From Trichoplax adhaerens (taxonomy: Eukaryota; Animalia; Placozoa), in contig NW_002060962.1 in NCBI RefSeq assembly GCF_000150275.1, positions 1,047,205-1,111,204 on the forward strand: a stretch of 64,000 nucleotides of DNA, in the 5' to 3' direction. The notes below the pieces were generated by a model, which saw only the letters and a list, made by a program, of their open reading frames with translations, was not told the origin of the DNA and ran no database searches. This document shows, piece after piece, positions 27,474-40,097 of this stretch (the first letter of the stretch is position 1; each line of letters starts with the position of its first letter). The position numbers were made by a program, and so were the translations under genes.

Positions 27474-29380
27474 TTAGGGATTACCACCCATAGTTTTTGT
27501 AGGTTCTGACTGATTGGTGGAAATCTGATTCGGGACTGCTGTGTACGGCCCAGGTTGAATAGCTTGCGTATATGTTGCCTGAGCGGGTTGGTATTGTATA
27601 GGCACTTTAATTATAAATAAGCATACAAAATCGAAATAGTTTATCAAGTATCATGCTTGAAATGATAATAAAAAATAGTATAAAGAGTAATTTGATAGTT
27701 TAATGTAGCTAATCCTATAGTGATATTACATTGCAAGCAGTTATTTGATGACATTATCATAATTTTATCCGGAGAAAGAAAATTCATAATAATAAATCTA
27801 GAATTATTTTTATCAATTAAAAAGCTATTTCATATCACTATACGATATGGGCGGACCATATTAAGCCATTTCCAATTGTCAAGTAAATCAGGCAGATTCT
27901 AAATTATAAATGCGTTTTAGTTAATCCTGAAATTGCTATTACCTTGCTGATTTGGATATTGTTGCATTGTTATAACGTGAGTTGCCGATTGATAGTGTGC
28001 AGAATGAGCACCCTGAATCAAAAATCATGGTATACCCGTATGTTAATGTGATATAGATGAGTTACCAATTGAATTGCTAATGAGATTATTTGTCTTTTCA
28101 AATACTACAGATGGTGATTTAATAGAAATTGAAGCTTTTATCACAGAATAGAACTATTAACGGTAGCTTCATTATTTGAATTCGTATGCGAAGTGGAATA
28201 ATAACAAAGTAAAAAACAATTCTACTCTGCAACGTCCAGTTATCTTATAATCAGCTTCTGAATATTGGAATGAAGATACTAGATATGGTTACTAACCCCA
28301 GGATAAGATTTGCAATAGAGTTCTCTACTGAGTATTACAAGGAAAGTTAAAGTGGTAGCAGAGCCAGTTACTGCTAAGGCCAAAGATACAATGTTGAACC
28401 AGATAGAAGGAAGAGTACTACGACCAATCAAATAACCAAAACTGATGCCAACGTGACCAATGGAGGATACGAAACCCAAAATGGAGAATGCATACAAACT
28501 ATTCATCTATTGTAATTAATATAAGTGAAATGGCAATCTTAAGCAAGCAGCGATGTCTTCCTTCTTTTTAAGTAATAAATTGGATCTTATTTATATATAT
28601 ACTGTCTGTAAGGTTGTATAAATATTTTGTGATCATTTAGAATTTACCAGATGAATGCTGGCTGCTTTTTGTTTCTTGTGATTTGCAATGGCAAAGATAC
28701 CTGCCAACAGATACTGTTGCAAAAGTAATTCAAAATATTAGCTGAATACAATTCTGATTTTGAAGTTCATGCAAAACTGTAACTTATATAAAGGTAGGTT
28801 TAACAGATATCCTGAATAAATACATCGCTGTTAACAGTATCGTAGAACGGAGATAAGAAAGACTTGGAATACAGTGTTCATTTGAAAAAGAACATATTAA
28901 TATGACTATGAAAGCGATAATAGTAGAAGCAGTTAGGAAGACAGCGGTCTTCTGGCGCTTATAGGTACGAACTAGTCATCGGTGAAATTTAAAAATACAT
29001 GAAGATTAGATCAAGGAAATATTACTCAGGAAAGTTTGCTTATCAATACTTACAAACAATCCAGCCCAAATACCGCAAGCGAAAAAGGTAGTTGGATTGT
29101 AGATTAAATATGTATAATTATAGCCATTGCCACTATAAGTATGGACAGTATAGGTGGTAAAAAATCCAACAATTTCGAGTATTAAACTCACAAGACCAGT
29201 CACAAGTAATGTAACACCAAGCCCCAGTTGTGCTGGTCGAAGTTCCTCTGACAATGCCTTCTCACGCGGTATACAGCAAGATGTACTAACTCTCTGAGTT
29301 TCGTATGTTATTTGAGGTTGTTGTACTACTGTACATGGTACTGGTTGTTGATTGTATTGCGGTCGGATTACAGCTGCCAT
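27474..29380 (-). CDS. Array gene 5: MS4A/CD20-like four-TM protein, ~267 aa; exons 29380-29054, 28713-28648, 28506-28297, 28012-27943, 27604-27474
   Basis: Canonical splice sites, open frame (804 nt), SCCIP, GIWAGLF|YLLAG. Confidence 0.88.
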
Positions 29381-29682
29381 TTTGTTCTAATACACATTGA
29401 TTGATTTAAAGCTTGCTTTTTACAGGATGCTCATAACTCTTCCAATTGCCGATAAGATAGGTTATATACTATTTACTACTTAGCCCTGCAGCTATCTACT
29501 GAGCATTTAAAGTCTTCTAATATACTGCTTGGAAGGCATTAAATACTCTAAAATTTATAAAATTATGCCTAATAACTGCTATAATGATTACTATGATTGT
29601 TATAATTTAATCTTTAACATGGTAATTTTAAATAGATTTGATTGAAATTCGAAAGGTGCATTTCTAATAAAGTAACTATATT

Positions 29683-29785
29683 CACTTACCTTCAAATTTG
29701 TGTTCTCTTCGTTATTCAAGAAAAATGTTTTAATCGTTAACCTTTATATAATGCTGCTTTCTGATTGTTGTATTATGACGTAGGA
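29683..29785 (-). promoter_or_regulatory. Candidate promoter and short non-coding first exon of gene 5
   Basis: Minus-strand TATATAAAGG (29741-29750), a TGACGTA CRE-like site near 29775, and a strong GTAAGT donor near 29689. Confidence 0.4.
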
Positions 29786-32700
29786 TCCATAAGTCCCTCT
29801 GATGGAAGCATACTTAATGAATTTATCCATCACAATAGCTAGAAAGATTATTATTTACTATTATAGCAAATAGCTTAATTTTATATAGAATGGAGAACTC
29901 TATTATCAATATATTCATATATGATATTTAACTTTTACACCCTTTATGCAATCTATTATAATTTCGTTTTAGCTACTTTATGCACATTATTTTACTAGAT
30001 ATATTATAATTCGATTTTCTAAATTTAATATCCGTTAGAGCATGAGCTCTGCATTGTTATTTGCTTTTATTCAAAAGCAGTCTCACATGTGCATAATACA
30101 TATGTAAATTTGTAGCTCTGTAACGTAATTTATTTTTATGGTCTACTTATCATTATATTATTTGCTAATATAAAAGGCATTATATTGTTGCTGATTTCAT
30201 AGTCCGATATAGTCGACCAAGTAAATAATTTAAACGTCATTTATCGCTACCTATGGATTAATCATCGTTTTACATGAGGAGTCCTTTCTATCAAAATTTT
30301 GTAGTGAAATAACGTAGAAGGTTGATAATATCCGCTACACTGCTTGAATTCAAGTTTCTTTGTGGCGATATTATGCAAAGAATTAATGTAACTGTAAATC
30401 TTTAGAGGCTTATCTTAATATGTTGAGATTTCTTGCTAAGATCTTGCTATAATATCAATAATAGGATGGCAAGACTTGATAACATAACATTAAGTTATGA
30501 ATAATAAAAGAACATGAGGTAATAAATCACTTGAATTGCAGATTTTGCAAAAATCATTGCCTGATATCAAACATGCTAAACTACTTGATTGGAGAACTTT
30601 GAGTTACTGCTTGAATTAAATTCAAAAATTAGCTTTACCAATAAGAAGATTTACCATTGTACAGGTTGTATTTTGCTTATTCTATGATTCCAAAGTGTTA
30701 CTTATTAGTACTTTTTCAAAAATTATATAAGCTGCGACTCCAATAGATGCACGGTTTGAAATCTGATACTAAAAAACGCGCTTTGAAATTGAACCAAGTC
30801 TAGTATGAGCAATAGCACTAATTATCCCAGCTACTAAATACCGATGCAATTATTGGATATTTGTACAAGCTGCTCTTTACTTGCAAATTTGGGTTTTATT
30901 ATTCTTTAAATGGACTATTATGATCGAATCGAAAGATTTGTATGAATTTAATAAATCAATTCCTTCATAAATTGCAGTAATATCGAGATATAAAGGGAAA
31001 AAGTACGAAAAGATCTACTCAATCTGATATTCTAATTATTCTTTTCTGTTCTTTTTATTTAATTCTGTAAAATATCTCAGGTAACTTTATAGAACTTTTA
31101 TGGACATATCGTCTATTGATTATTAGGAATTGACTTAGAATATATAGATGAGTCTAAACGACTATAGTTAAACCAATATTACATTTAATAAGTAAGTACT
31201 CATGTGCTGTAAGATAGATAGACGGAACATTGGTCCAAATTCAGCCTATCTTATGACATGTCATCTGAAGCAGCCCTATAAATTGCGGCCATAAAGGTAA
31301 TTACAAGCGAAGACGACTTTGATGAGTACATTTCGGTATTAAAATAATCAGAAGTACTATCTAGTCTATATTACTTTATATCAGCTTGTAAGCTCATCAA
31401 ATAAATTGTACTTTTCGGATCGATGTTATTAAGGAACCCCGTATTAAGTGCGAGCTACTTAACCATGAAAATTGAATGTTCATATATCCATCATCCTGCA
31501 TGTTTCAACTTTGTCGTAGCTACTTTCACTTCTTTTGTTAGATGATGTTGATCATTCATATTTATGTTCACTTAGGCTATAAGCGCTAGAATGCATTGTA
31601 CGCAATTACAAAAGTTCATGATACGTACTTATATCTCATTTAGCTATTTGATTTACCAGCATGGTATATATTAAATGCATTCTACGACATGCAAGTTCTA
31701 TGACGTAGGTCAGTTGTTAATGATAAATTACGTTATCATTCTTGGAATGAATGAACGTAAGTTAGACCTTGAGTCGAAATATTCTAAATCAAAAGTATTA
31801 TCAAATTTATAAATGATCGTATCATCAACAGAAGCCTTTTTAATGATGGCAAAGAGTTGTCAAATAGATTTTAATTTTGGTATTTATAATTAAACCCTGA
31901 ATATTAATTCAAGACATTTACTAAATTTAACGATACTGGTTCTTCATTATAAGGTCTGGTAACGTTTTCAAAGATTGAAACCAAATGCAATTAAAGTAAA
32001 AACTATTAAAAGTTCCATTCTGTATTTAATAGCTATCATCATTAGAAGGTTGATTTTTATTATTATGTGATGTACAAAGAATTGGACTACTATAAAATGG
32101 ATTAAAATAGTGAGAAATTTTCACTAAAAAGTAAATTTGCGGTTTGGCTTCGACAATTTAACTTACGGAAGAGACGATGGGTCCCAATCCTATTTTATCA
32201 AGGATATAATTGAGTGGTATTTTTGCACTTACTAACGAGCGGTAGCTTTCAAAGATTTTATTAAAATATTTCTCTACAGTGTGTATTCAATATTAAGCTA
32301 CGTAACAAATGCCATAATTATATGATTATAAAATTTGTAGTAATTGTAAATAATCGTCGGAGAAATTTAACGAGGTATTACTTAGAAAGTTTGCAACCGG
32401 AGCTAATCTTAACTGTCATACATATTTTTATATGTAATTCTAGACTATTCCGAAAAATTATTTGCAATCCCGATTCTAAATTACAATTAAATGATTAAGA
32501 TCAAACTAGCCATATTAAATGAAATGAAATGAAAAGTGTAGAAATCAAGCCACAAAACTTTTAACAAACTTTGATTCTACTTTCACAGCACTCTGGTCGA
32601 CTTAACGAACTTTGATACCAAATAAAATTGGGGAAATAACCAATCAATAATTTATTAAGAAAATGTGAGAGAATCTGATCAAACAATCTTCCAAGTACTG

Positions 32701-33942
32701 AATTCTAAGTATTATAAGTCAAGAAATAAAAACAACTGAGTTGAAACTGTCAACAACCAAACAATCTAACAAAAGAAGGACGTTTTCACTCACAACAAAC
32801 AGTTCGACTTAGATGGTCTTTAAAATCCAGCAAGTTTTTCAAAAGAATTTTCTTTTACTTTCTACTCTAAATATTTTGATTACACTATCATTTATAGACT
32901 TTGTAGAGCAGTCAGTGGTATTTAAAACTAAATTTTTATTAACCAATCGCTCTTAAGATTCACTTTAGAAAACTACTTTGCACCACTTAAGAAAACAAAT
33001 ATCATTCAAAGTTCAGACGCGATTTACCGTATGATTCCCTTACAAAACACTATAAAACCATCAAACTAACTATAAAATAATCATTAATACATTATAAAAA
33101 TCTAAAAATTAGCCTTTAAACATCAAGATTTAGCCCTAAAAATAGCATTCTAGCTACTTTACAATCAACACAACCTCTGCCATTTGCCATCTTATTTTTT
33201 ATTTTCTAAGCTAAACTTTCCTAATGTAACTTGCATGATATTGTACGATAACTGTACGATTATAACCCAAATTGCAGTACTTTACCGTCATGTTATAAAT
33301 CCCCTTTCTCTATGGATAGGGTTTTCTTACTAAGTCAAATTCATTTACAATCCCAATAGACTATCAAACGCACTTTCTTAAGGTTAGAAGATTGCTCCTA
33401 GGTTATTTCTATAGTAATCTATACAACACTTTGTAAAATAATGAAGAAAACATGGCGATATCACGATTTGGCATGGTAAAATTTAAAGATACTACCACTT
33501 TCAAGGTATTTTCTATAGTAAGTTAAAATATTCACATCCTAAAAGCTATAAAGGACTCTGCTCTTTGTCCTTTACGACATAAATTTCTGTAAAATTTATT
33601 AAAGACTTACTAATTCGTCTTATCAAAAAACAGTAAAAATAATTAAATAGTTTAAACTAATGAAATTGAAGTAGCTAAGGATTACATCCAAGCAAAAATA
33701 TGTTCTCCTAGAAGTAAAGTTATAATTGTTCAGGAATATATTTAACGATGGCACTATTACTACTAAAGGATAAGACTGTATGTGGCATTCAGTCGTTATA
33801 AATTAGTTGGAATTCTTTTATTACAAATTATACTAGAATGACATTATTGACTATCATTTTATCGTATTGAGCATTATTAGCCATAGATTTTGTAGGCTAT
33901 CATTGAGTCAAGGAACACTAATTAAGAGCTACAGTATATGGT

Positions 33943-34504
33943 TGTGATATATACCGATCACGAAATTCCAAATTTTAGAAAAATAAGAGCTTTATGGAAT
34001 CTTATACAAAGATTTACAACACACAACTCTACTCTAGCCGAATACTACTACTAAAGACTTCTATAACGAACTAACAGAATAATCTAAAGTTGCATGCTTT
34101 TATACTTTTCGTAGCATTCGCAGCTACAATCCGTACGCCAACCTTTTACCTTATTTTACGCGTAGTTAAATTATTCTCAGTAACACTATTCTACTATGGA
34201 CCATCATTAATCCGATTTGGATATGACTGCAGTATTTACGTAGGCATTATTCACACCAGTCAAAGTATAATGAATTAACCATATCCTAATATATGATTTA
34301 CAGTTCCATTTTTACCTATAACCTTATGAGTAACTCAACACCTTACTGTATATAGTCATCTGTACTCTAGCATAGAGTCTATAACACTACAGTCTATAGT
34401 TATGGCTACCAAATATATCTTAGAATAAATATAGAAGTTACCTTACCGTACATTATACTAAACATGGCTAACAGTCTACAATCACTATACTAAGTTACAT
34501 TACA
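33943..34504 (-). mobile_element. Solo LTR, family C (562 bp), inserted in the last coding exon of gene 6
   Basis: Exact TSD ATGGT. The flanks rejoin to ...QPGPYTVALN, homologous to gene 5 QPGPYTAVPN. Confidence 0.92.
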
Positions 34505-36124
34505 ATGGTCCAGGTTGAGCCATTTGCACATTGACTTGCTGAATGGGATGGTACTGCATGGGGACTTCAGTTATGGGTACATAAATATAGAGGCAAAAAA
34601 TTAAAAATTTGTAGTTTATTAATGATTTCAAAGAATACGTGCGTTTACTTGCAATCGAATAGAAACTACTTTGATAACATGCAACTTATTTGCTACTGAG
34701 TACAATTTGAGCAGTTATTTAACGATACAGTGATAGGTTGATTTACAGTAATACATACTTACACAATAATAGATACATAGATACTTGTACTATAGCATAT
34801 CCTTGCATATTCTTGTATAGTAAACGACAAGCGCATGTACTTTTATATATTCTTTTATATTGTTTTATAGGCGAGTTTATGTTATGAAGTATTTTTTCAT
34901 GTTTTGCTATTCATTTTACCGAGCTATCAACATTTGTTAAGTATATTAAGCGACTTATAAAACATTGCCGTATTTAACATTAAGATAATCATTACCTAAA
35001 AGTACGATGCAAGCTAGAGATACAGCAAAGCCAATTACTCCCAGGCCCAATGATACGATATTAAACCAGATAGAATGATAAGTACCATAGGAAAAAATAA
35101 ATCCAAAACTGACGCCAATGTGAGGAACTGAGAGGATGATGCTTATAATGCAGAAGGCATAGAAGCAATTTATCTATTAAAAATTACAACAAGTAAACTA
35201 ATATTATTTTAGGTACATAATCCTGTTTTTCTCTTTCCAAGTATAAAATTTTGTCTTTTTATAACTAAAAGTCTAAAGTATTCTGTGAGTGATGGATAGT
35301 CAGTTAAAATTACCAAGTGAATACTGTTTTCTTTCTTGCGGGTTGTAAGAGCGAAGATACCACCTAGTAGGTACTATAAGAAATAAGAGTGATTCAAACC
35401 ATTTGTTGAAAGTTGAGCTGCGATAGATTTAGACGAGATTTTAAAAGAGACTATCCAAACTTTAATAGAACTTTTATGGTATCACTTATCCTGTATTTCA
35501 AGTGCAAAATGGCAGTCATGTCAAATAAACTATCCAAAACGGTACCATACTTTTTATCACGTAATAAAGTTGGATAAATACTCAAAAGCAGGTAAGAAAA
35601 ATAGAAAACCATATGATGCTTTTATTGCAAATATGACGATGGTAGTAGTCATAAAAGCAGTAAGAAAATTACCCACTTGCACTTGTTGACAATAATCAAA
35701 CACTTAAACTATGGGAATTAAGCAAATCCGATATTCAGATTGAAGGAAAGCTAACTGTAGTACACGTATCAAAGCTTACAAAGACTCCTGCCCAAATGTC
35801 TGCGCCTATCCAAGGAGTCATATTGTAGATATAATATGTTGAATTGTAACTAATACCCTGGTAGGTATAAAGATAAGAGTTGGTGAAAAATCCAATGATT
35901 CCGACTAGAAGACTTGTAAGACCGATTAGGACTAATATTATTCCAAGTCCAAACTGTGCAGGTTGAAGTTTGAACGGCAACGACTTCTTACTTGGAATAC
36001 AACAAGATGTAGTAACAACTTGATCTTGATACATTACTTGCGGCTGCTGCGCTGTCATAATCTGTGCTGGTTGTAGTAGTATTTGTGGTTGTTGAATAAA
36101 TTGTGGTTGAGTTGGTAGTGCCAT
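34500..36124 (-). CDS. Array gene 6: four-TM paralog with rearranged, truncated tail (~215 aa, possibly a pseudogene); exons 36124-35780, 35373-35314, 35173-34996, 34564-34500
   Basis: TM exons are open. The end of exon 3 and all of exon 4 are not recognisable. A phase-1 donor at 34995 joins exon 5 in frame, and the TAA stop comes from the LTR terminus. Confidence 0.65.
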
Positions 36125-38017
36125 TTTGTTCTAAGGTACACCGATCTTGTTGCTGATACTATGAAACGATTATATTCCTATTAATTACTTAATTTATTTG
36201 ATAGTAATGGTAATAAAAGCTACTTTAGTTACACTGTTTTATTGATATTTGCTGAGTATTTGCAATCTTCTAATATCTACCTAATCTAGATAGAAACTAT
36301 TGAATAAAGTGGAATAGATATGATATTAAATGATTACTGTAAGAATACTATATCAATTCCTAAGTCAAATCTTTTATATCTAGATTTAAAGCATTTCTAA
36401 AAGCTCCACATCCTTTCCGTCATCGTTACTTACTTTCGATAAACGACTATTCGCTATTCGTTTGTTCCGTTAAATGCCGTCTAATAATTATTGTATCTTT
36501 TATATATTACATATATATACAGTATGAGACGCTGCATAGCTTATCTGCGGTCGAGATTAATTCACTCTTTTAATAAAGTAGACATGTGATATAATAGCTA
36601 GAAACAAAATTAGAATAACTATAAAAAACTATAAAATTCTATTTTAGTATTAGGTGAATGCCTATTATTAACAGACTCATAATATCAATAAGCATTAAAG
36701 ATTGCCCGTGAGTGGATGGTGCTAACATTAAAGTCAATATGAAGTTTAAAATAGAATTGATAGAATACGTAATCGGCTATATATTAATGATCTACTCATA
36801 AATAATTCATAAGATATCATAAAAGCACATGCGCTACATTGTTGTTGACTTTTAACCAATTGCAGCCATGCAAGTAGATCATTTGTGCAACATTGCTTCA
36901 AACTAGATGCTCCAAGTATAGTTGTCATCACGTCGTAAGAAGTCTATTCCTATAAAATTCTTAATTAAATATAGTAGCTATATCGGCGACCGATAAGAGC
37001 TATAAGGTACCGTAAGATACCTGCCTTCTATAAGCAATTACATAAGTTATAGGGCTAGTTTTAGTCTTAAACGGTTGTATAACTAAGAGATCTAGCACTT
37101 AAACTAAGGAAGAGCACAAAAGAAAAATACTCGTAAACTACAGTGTTGCGCTTTGATAATGGAGTATTGACGCTTTAGCTCTCGTAATATAGAAAACAAA
37201 GAAATATATGCAATATACTAGCGTTACAAATATTAATTTGATCAATTCTTCAACATTTATATTTTTATAACAGTAACATTACAATCTCACCCGGAATGGG
37301 CCCAAAATAAACTAGTTTCTTCTGGTAGAAACTATTTGACTAGATTTAAATTAATTTAACTTCATTTGTAGTTCTGCTGTAAATTTAGGCACATCATAAA
37401 CATTTGCGATTTCACTATTAGAAAATTGCCACTTCGAAAGAGGCAATTTTTACTTCGAGAAATTTTGGTATAGCATAAAATTTATGAGACTTGAAAGTTG
37501 TGAAATCAGTGATTTATTGTCTCATTAAGACTTACAAGCAAGGTAATTACCAGAAACTACAAATTCGATCATTTAGCTTAAGAATCTCAGTCATAACCTT
37601 ATCAAAAGCACGTTTGCTATTGCGGTGGAATTCTAAACTATCGATACATCATAATGACGTCTAGCGATATAAAATGTGACCTATTGTACCTATAGTCATT
37701 CTAAACAATTTTCAAAATATTTCAATAATGAGCGGCAATTGTAAACCATATTTTCTGTATGTTAAGAGAAATATTTCATCAATGTATGATAACAATTCTT
37801 CTTGATTTAACTAAAGACGAAATGACTGACACCTATACCGCAATGAATTAAATATTCCCGTACTATACTGCAATTAATTTTTGGTACAACTAATAAAATT
37901 AGTCACTTTAAGGATGAGGGTATGAAATCTAGTCGATTCTAATTGATTAGAATTGATAAAATTATAGTACAGAGAAAGATTTTGTAATTCTCTATTTTCA
38001 GCATTGAGGCAAAGAAT

Positions 38018-40097
38018 TTAGGCATCACCACTCGCAGTTTTTACTGGTTCTGGCTGAATAGTAGCAGTTTGAGTTTGAGTAGGGGCTACAGTATACCCCC
38101 CAACAGGCGCAACTTGCGTGTACGTTGGTTGAGCGGGTTGGTATTGCATTATGACTTGATCATTAATATGAAAACAAGAAAATTAGTATTTGCTACACTA
38201 ATTATTCTATTTAAATTATCTGTGCATAATCTTACGCAAACTACCATACTTAAACTATTTAACTTAACCTTAAGAGATATCATAAACACACGAAAAATAT
38301 CACACTTAATGCTACTGAAATGAGATAATTCATAAATGCATGGATGGAAGAGGTAAAATCTTTCCATAAATAGAAAAGGCAAACTCTTTCCCTAATAGCA
38401 TAGTATCCTCTGACAACACATGAATATTACAATTGATTTGATTTTCTTTACAAAATGATCATAGTATCAATTAGAGGATAGTCAGGAATAGCCTACAGAT
38501 CACAATTTGTGATCATATTTAACATGAAATTATTATTACCTGGTTGGTTAGGATATTGTTGGTTAGGGTATTGTTGGTTAGGATATTGCTGCACAGTTAG
38601 AACTTGACTTTTACCTTGAAATTGGACTGTGTAAGCACCCTAAAATTGAGGCCATGATATCAATATATCTATTTATGATTACTCAACAAATTCATATACA
38701 TATTTTAATCTATAAATCAGTAATAAATGCGAGCCAAAAATGGCTATTTAATAAGTGAAATTAAAGCATGAACATAGAAAGCTTGATATGTACAGTATCA
38801 TATGCAGTCTTATAAAGGATTAATTTTTTAACGAAGAGCAAGAACTGAAGAAATTTATTATTTTGAGATAAAATTTTCATATTTTATAAGATACTGAAAT
38901 TGTTTCACTAACCGGTGGGGTAGGTTTACAATAAATTTCTTTACTTAAAAGTATGATGAAAGTCAAACTGCAAGAAAAGCCAATTAATGCAAAAATCATT
39001 GAAACAATGTTGAACCATTCCGTGTAACGAGCGCCGTAGTTAAACATAAAGCCAAGGCTTAAGCCAAAGTGAGGTAATGATAATATAAAGCTCATTATCG
39101 AGAAAGCATAGAAGGTGTTCATCTATTAAAAATTACAACAGCCAGATAAAATGAAGTAATTAGTTGTAACGATCTTTCCAGTCGTTAAGGTAATTATAAG
39201 TAGGTAATTAGAATTTAATTGTTACAGTTTGGAATGTTTTACGCGCATTGTATTTGATAATCAGAATTACCTGATGAACGTCGTTTTGTTTCTTGTAAGT
39301 AACAGCGGCTAAGATTCCACATATGAAATACTGCAGCAAAAAGATTTCGAAACTTGAGTTAAAATTTATCTTATTTCGATGTTATGATACATTTTCAAAA
39401 TGTGACAACAATACTAAGGCATATATTAGATAAATGGTCATTGTATTATAGTATTCAGGGTATTCATTTATGACCGTAGACAGTTAAATTACTTAAACTA
39501 CAGTAGTTAAATTATACAAAACCTGGAAAACAGAATGATAGTGAAATAGTGTATCAGAGAATTGAAAACCTTGTATTACATCTACTGCAGTAACAATGAT
39601 AGTAATTGATTATACTGGTATTTATATTTGTCAAGACTCCCTTACGTTATGGAAGTACTAGATAGGAAACGAAAGCTCGTCAATATTAGAAATAGAAAGA
39701 ATTGCTCATTACTGTCAAACATATTTTCAGTAACAACTTTATCAATGCTTACAAATAATCCTCCCCAAATATCTCCGGCGTACCAACTGGTTGGATTATA
39801 ATAGGTATAATAAGTATGAGAATGGAACGAGTAGCCTCTATAATTGGCCTTGAAAATTCCAACGGTACCGAATATCACACTGGCTAGACCAGACAGGCTC
39901 AAGAAGATGCCAAGTCCTAATTGGGTGGAGCGAAATTTAATCGGTAAAAATTTACCATGTGGTCTGCACATACCGGTACCAGAAGGAGCCTTATTTTGTT
40001 TGTGTATTATTTGTGGCTGCTGGACAGGAATCATTTGTGCTGGCTGTTGAATTACTAGCGGTTGTTGGACGTATTGTGGTTGAGCAGGAGTAGCCAT
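38018..40097 (-). CDS. Array gene 7: MS4A/CD20-like four-TM protein, ~283 aa; exons 40097-39753, 39330-39271, 39122-38913, 38639-38540, 38154-38018
   Basis: Canonical splice sites, open frame (852 nt), DIWGGLF|YFICG, (QYPNQ)x3 in exon 4. Confidence 0.88.
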
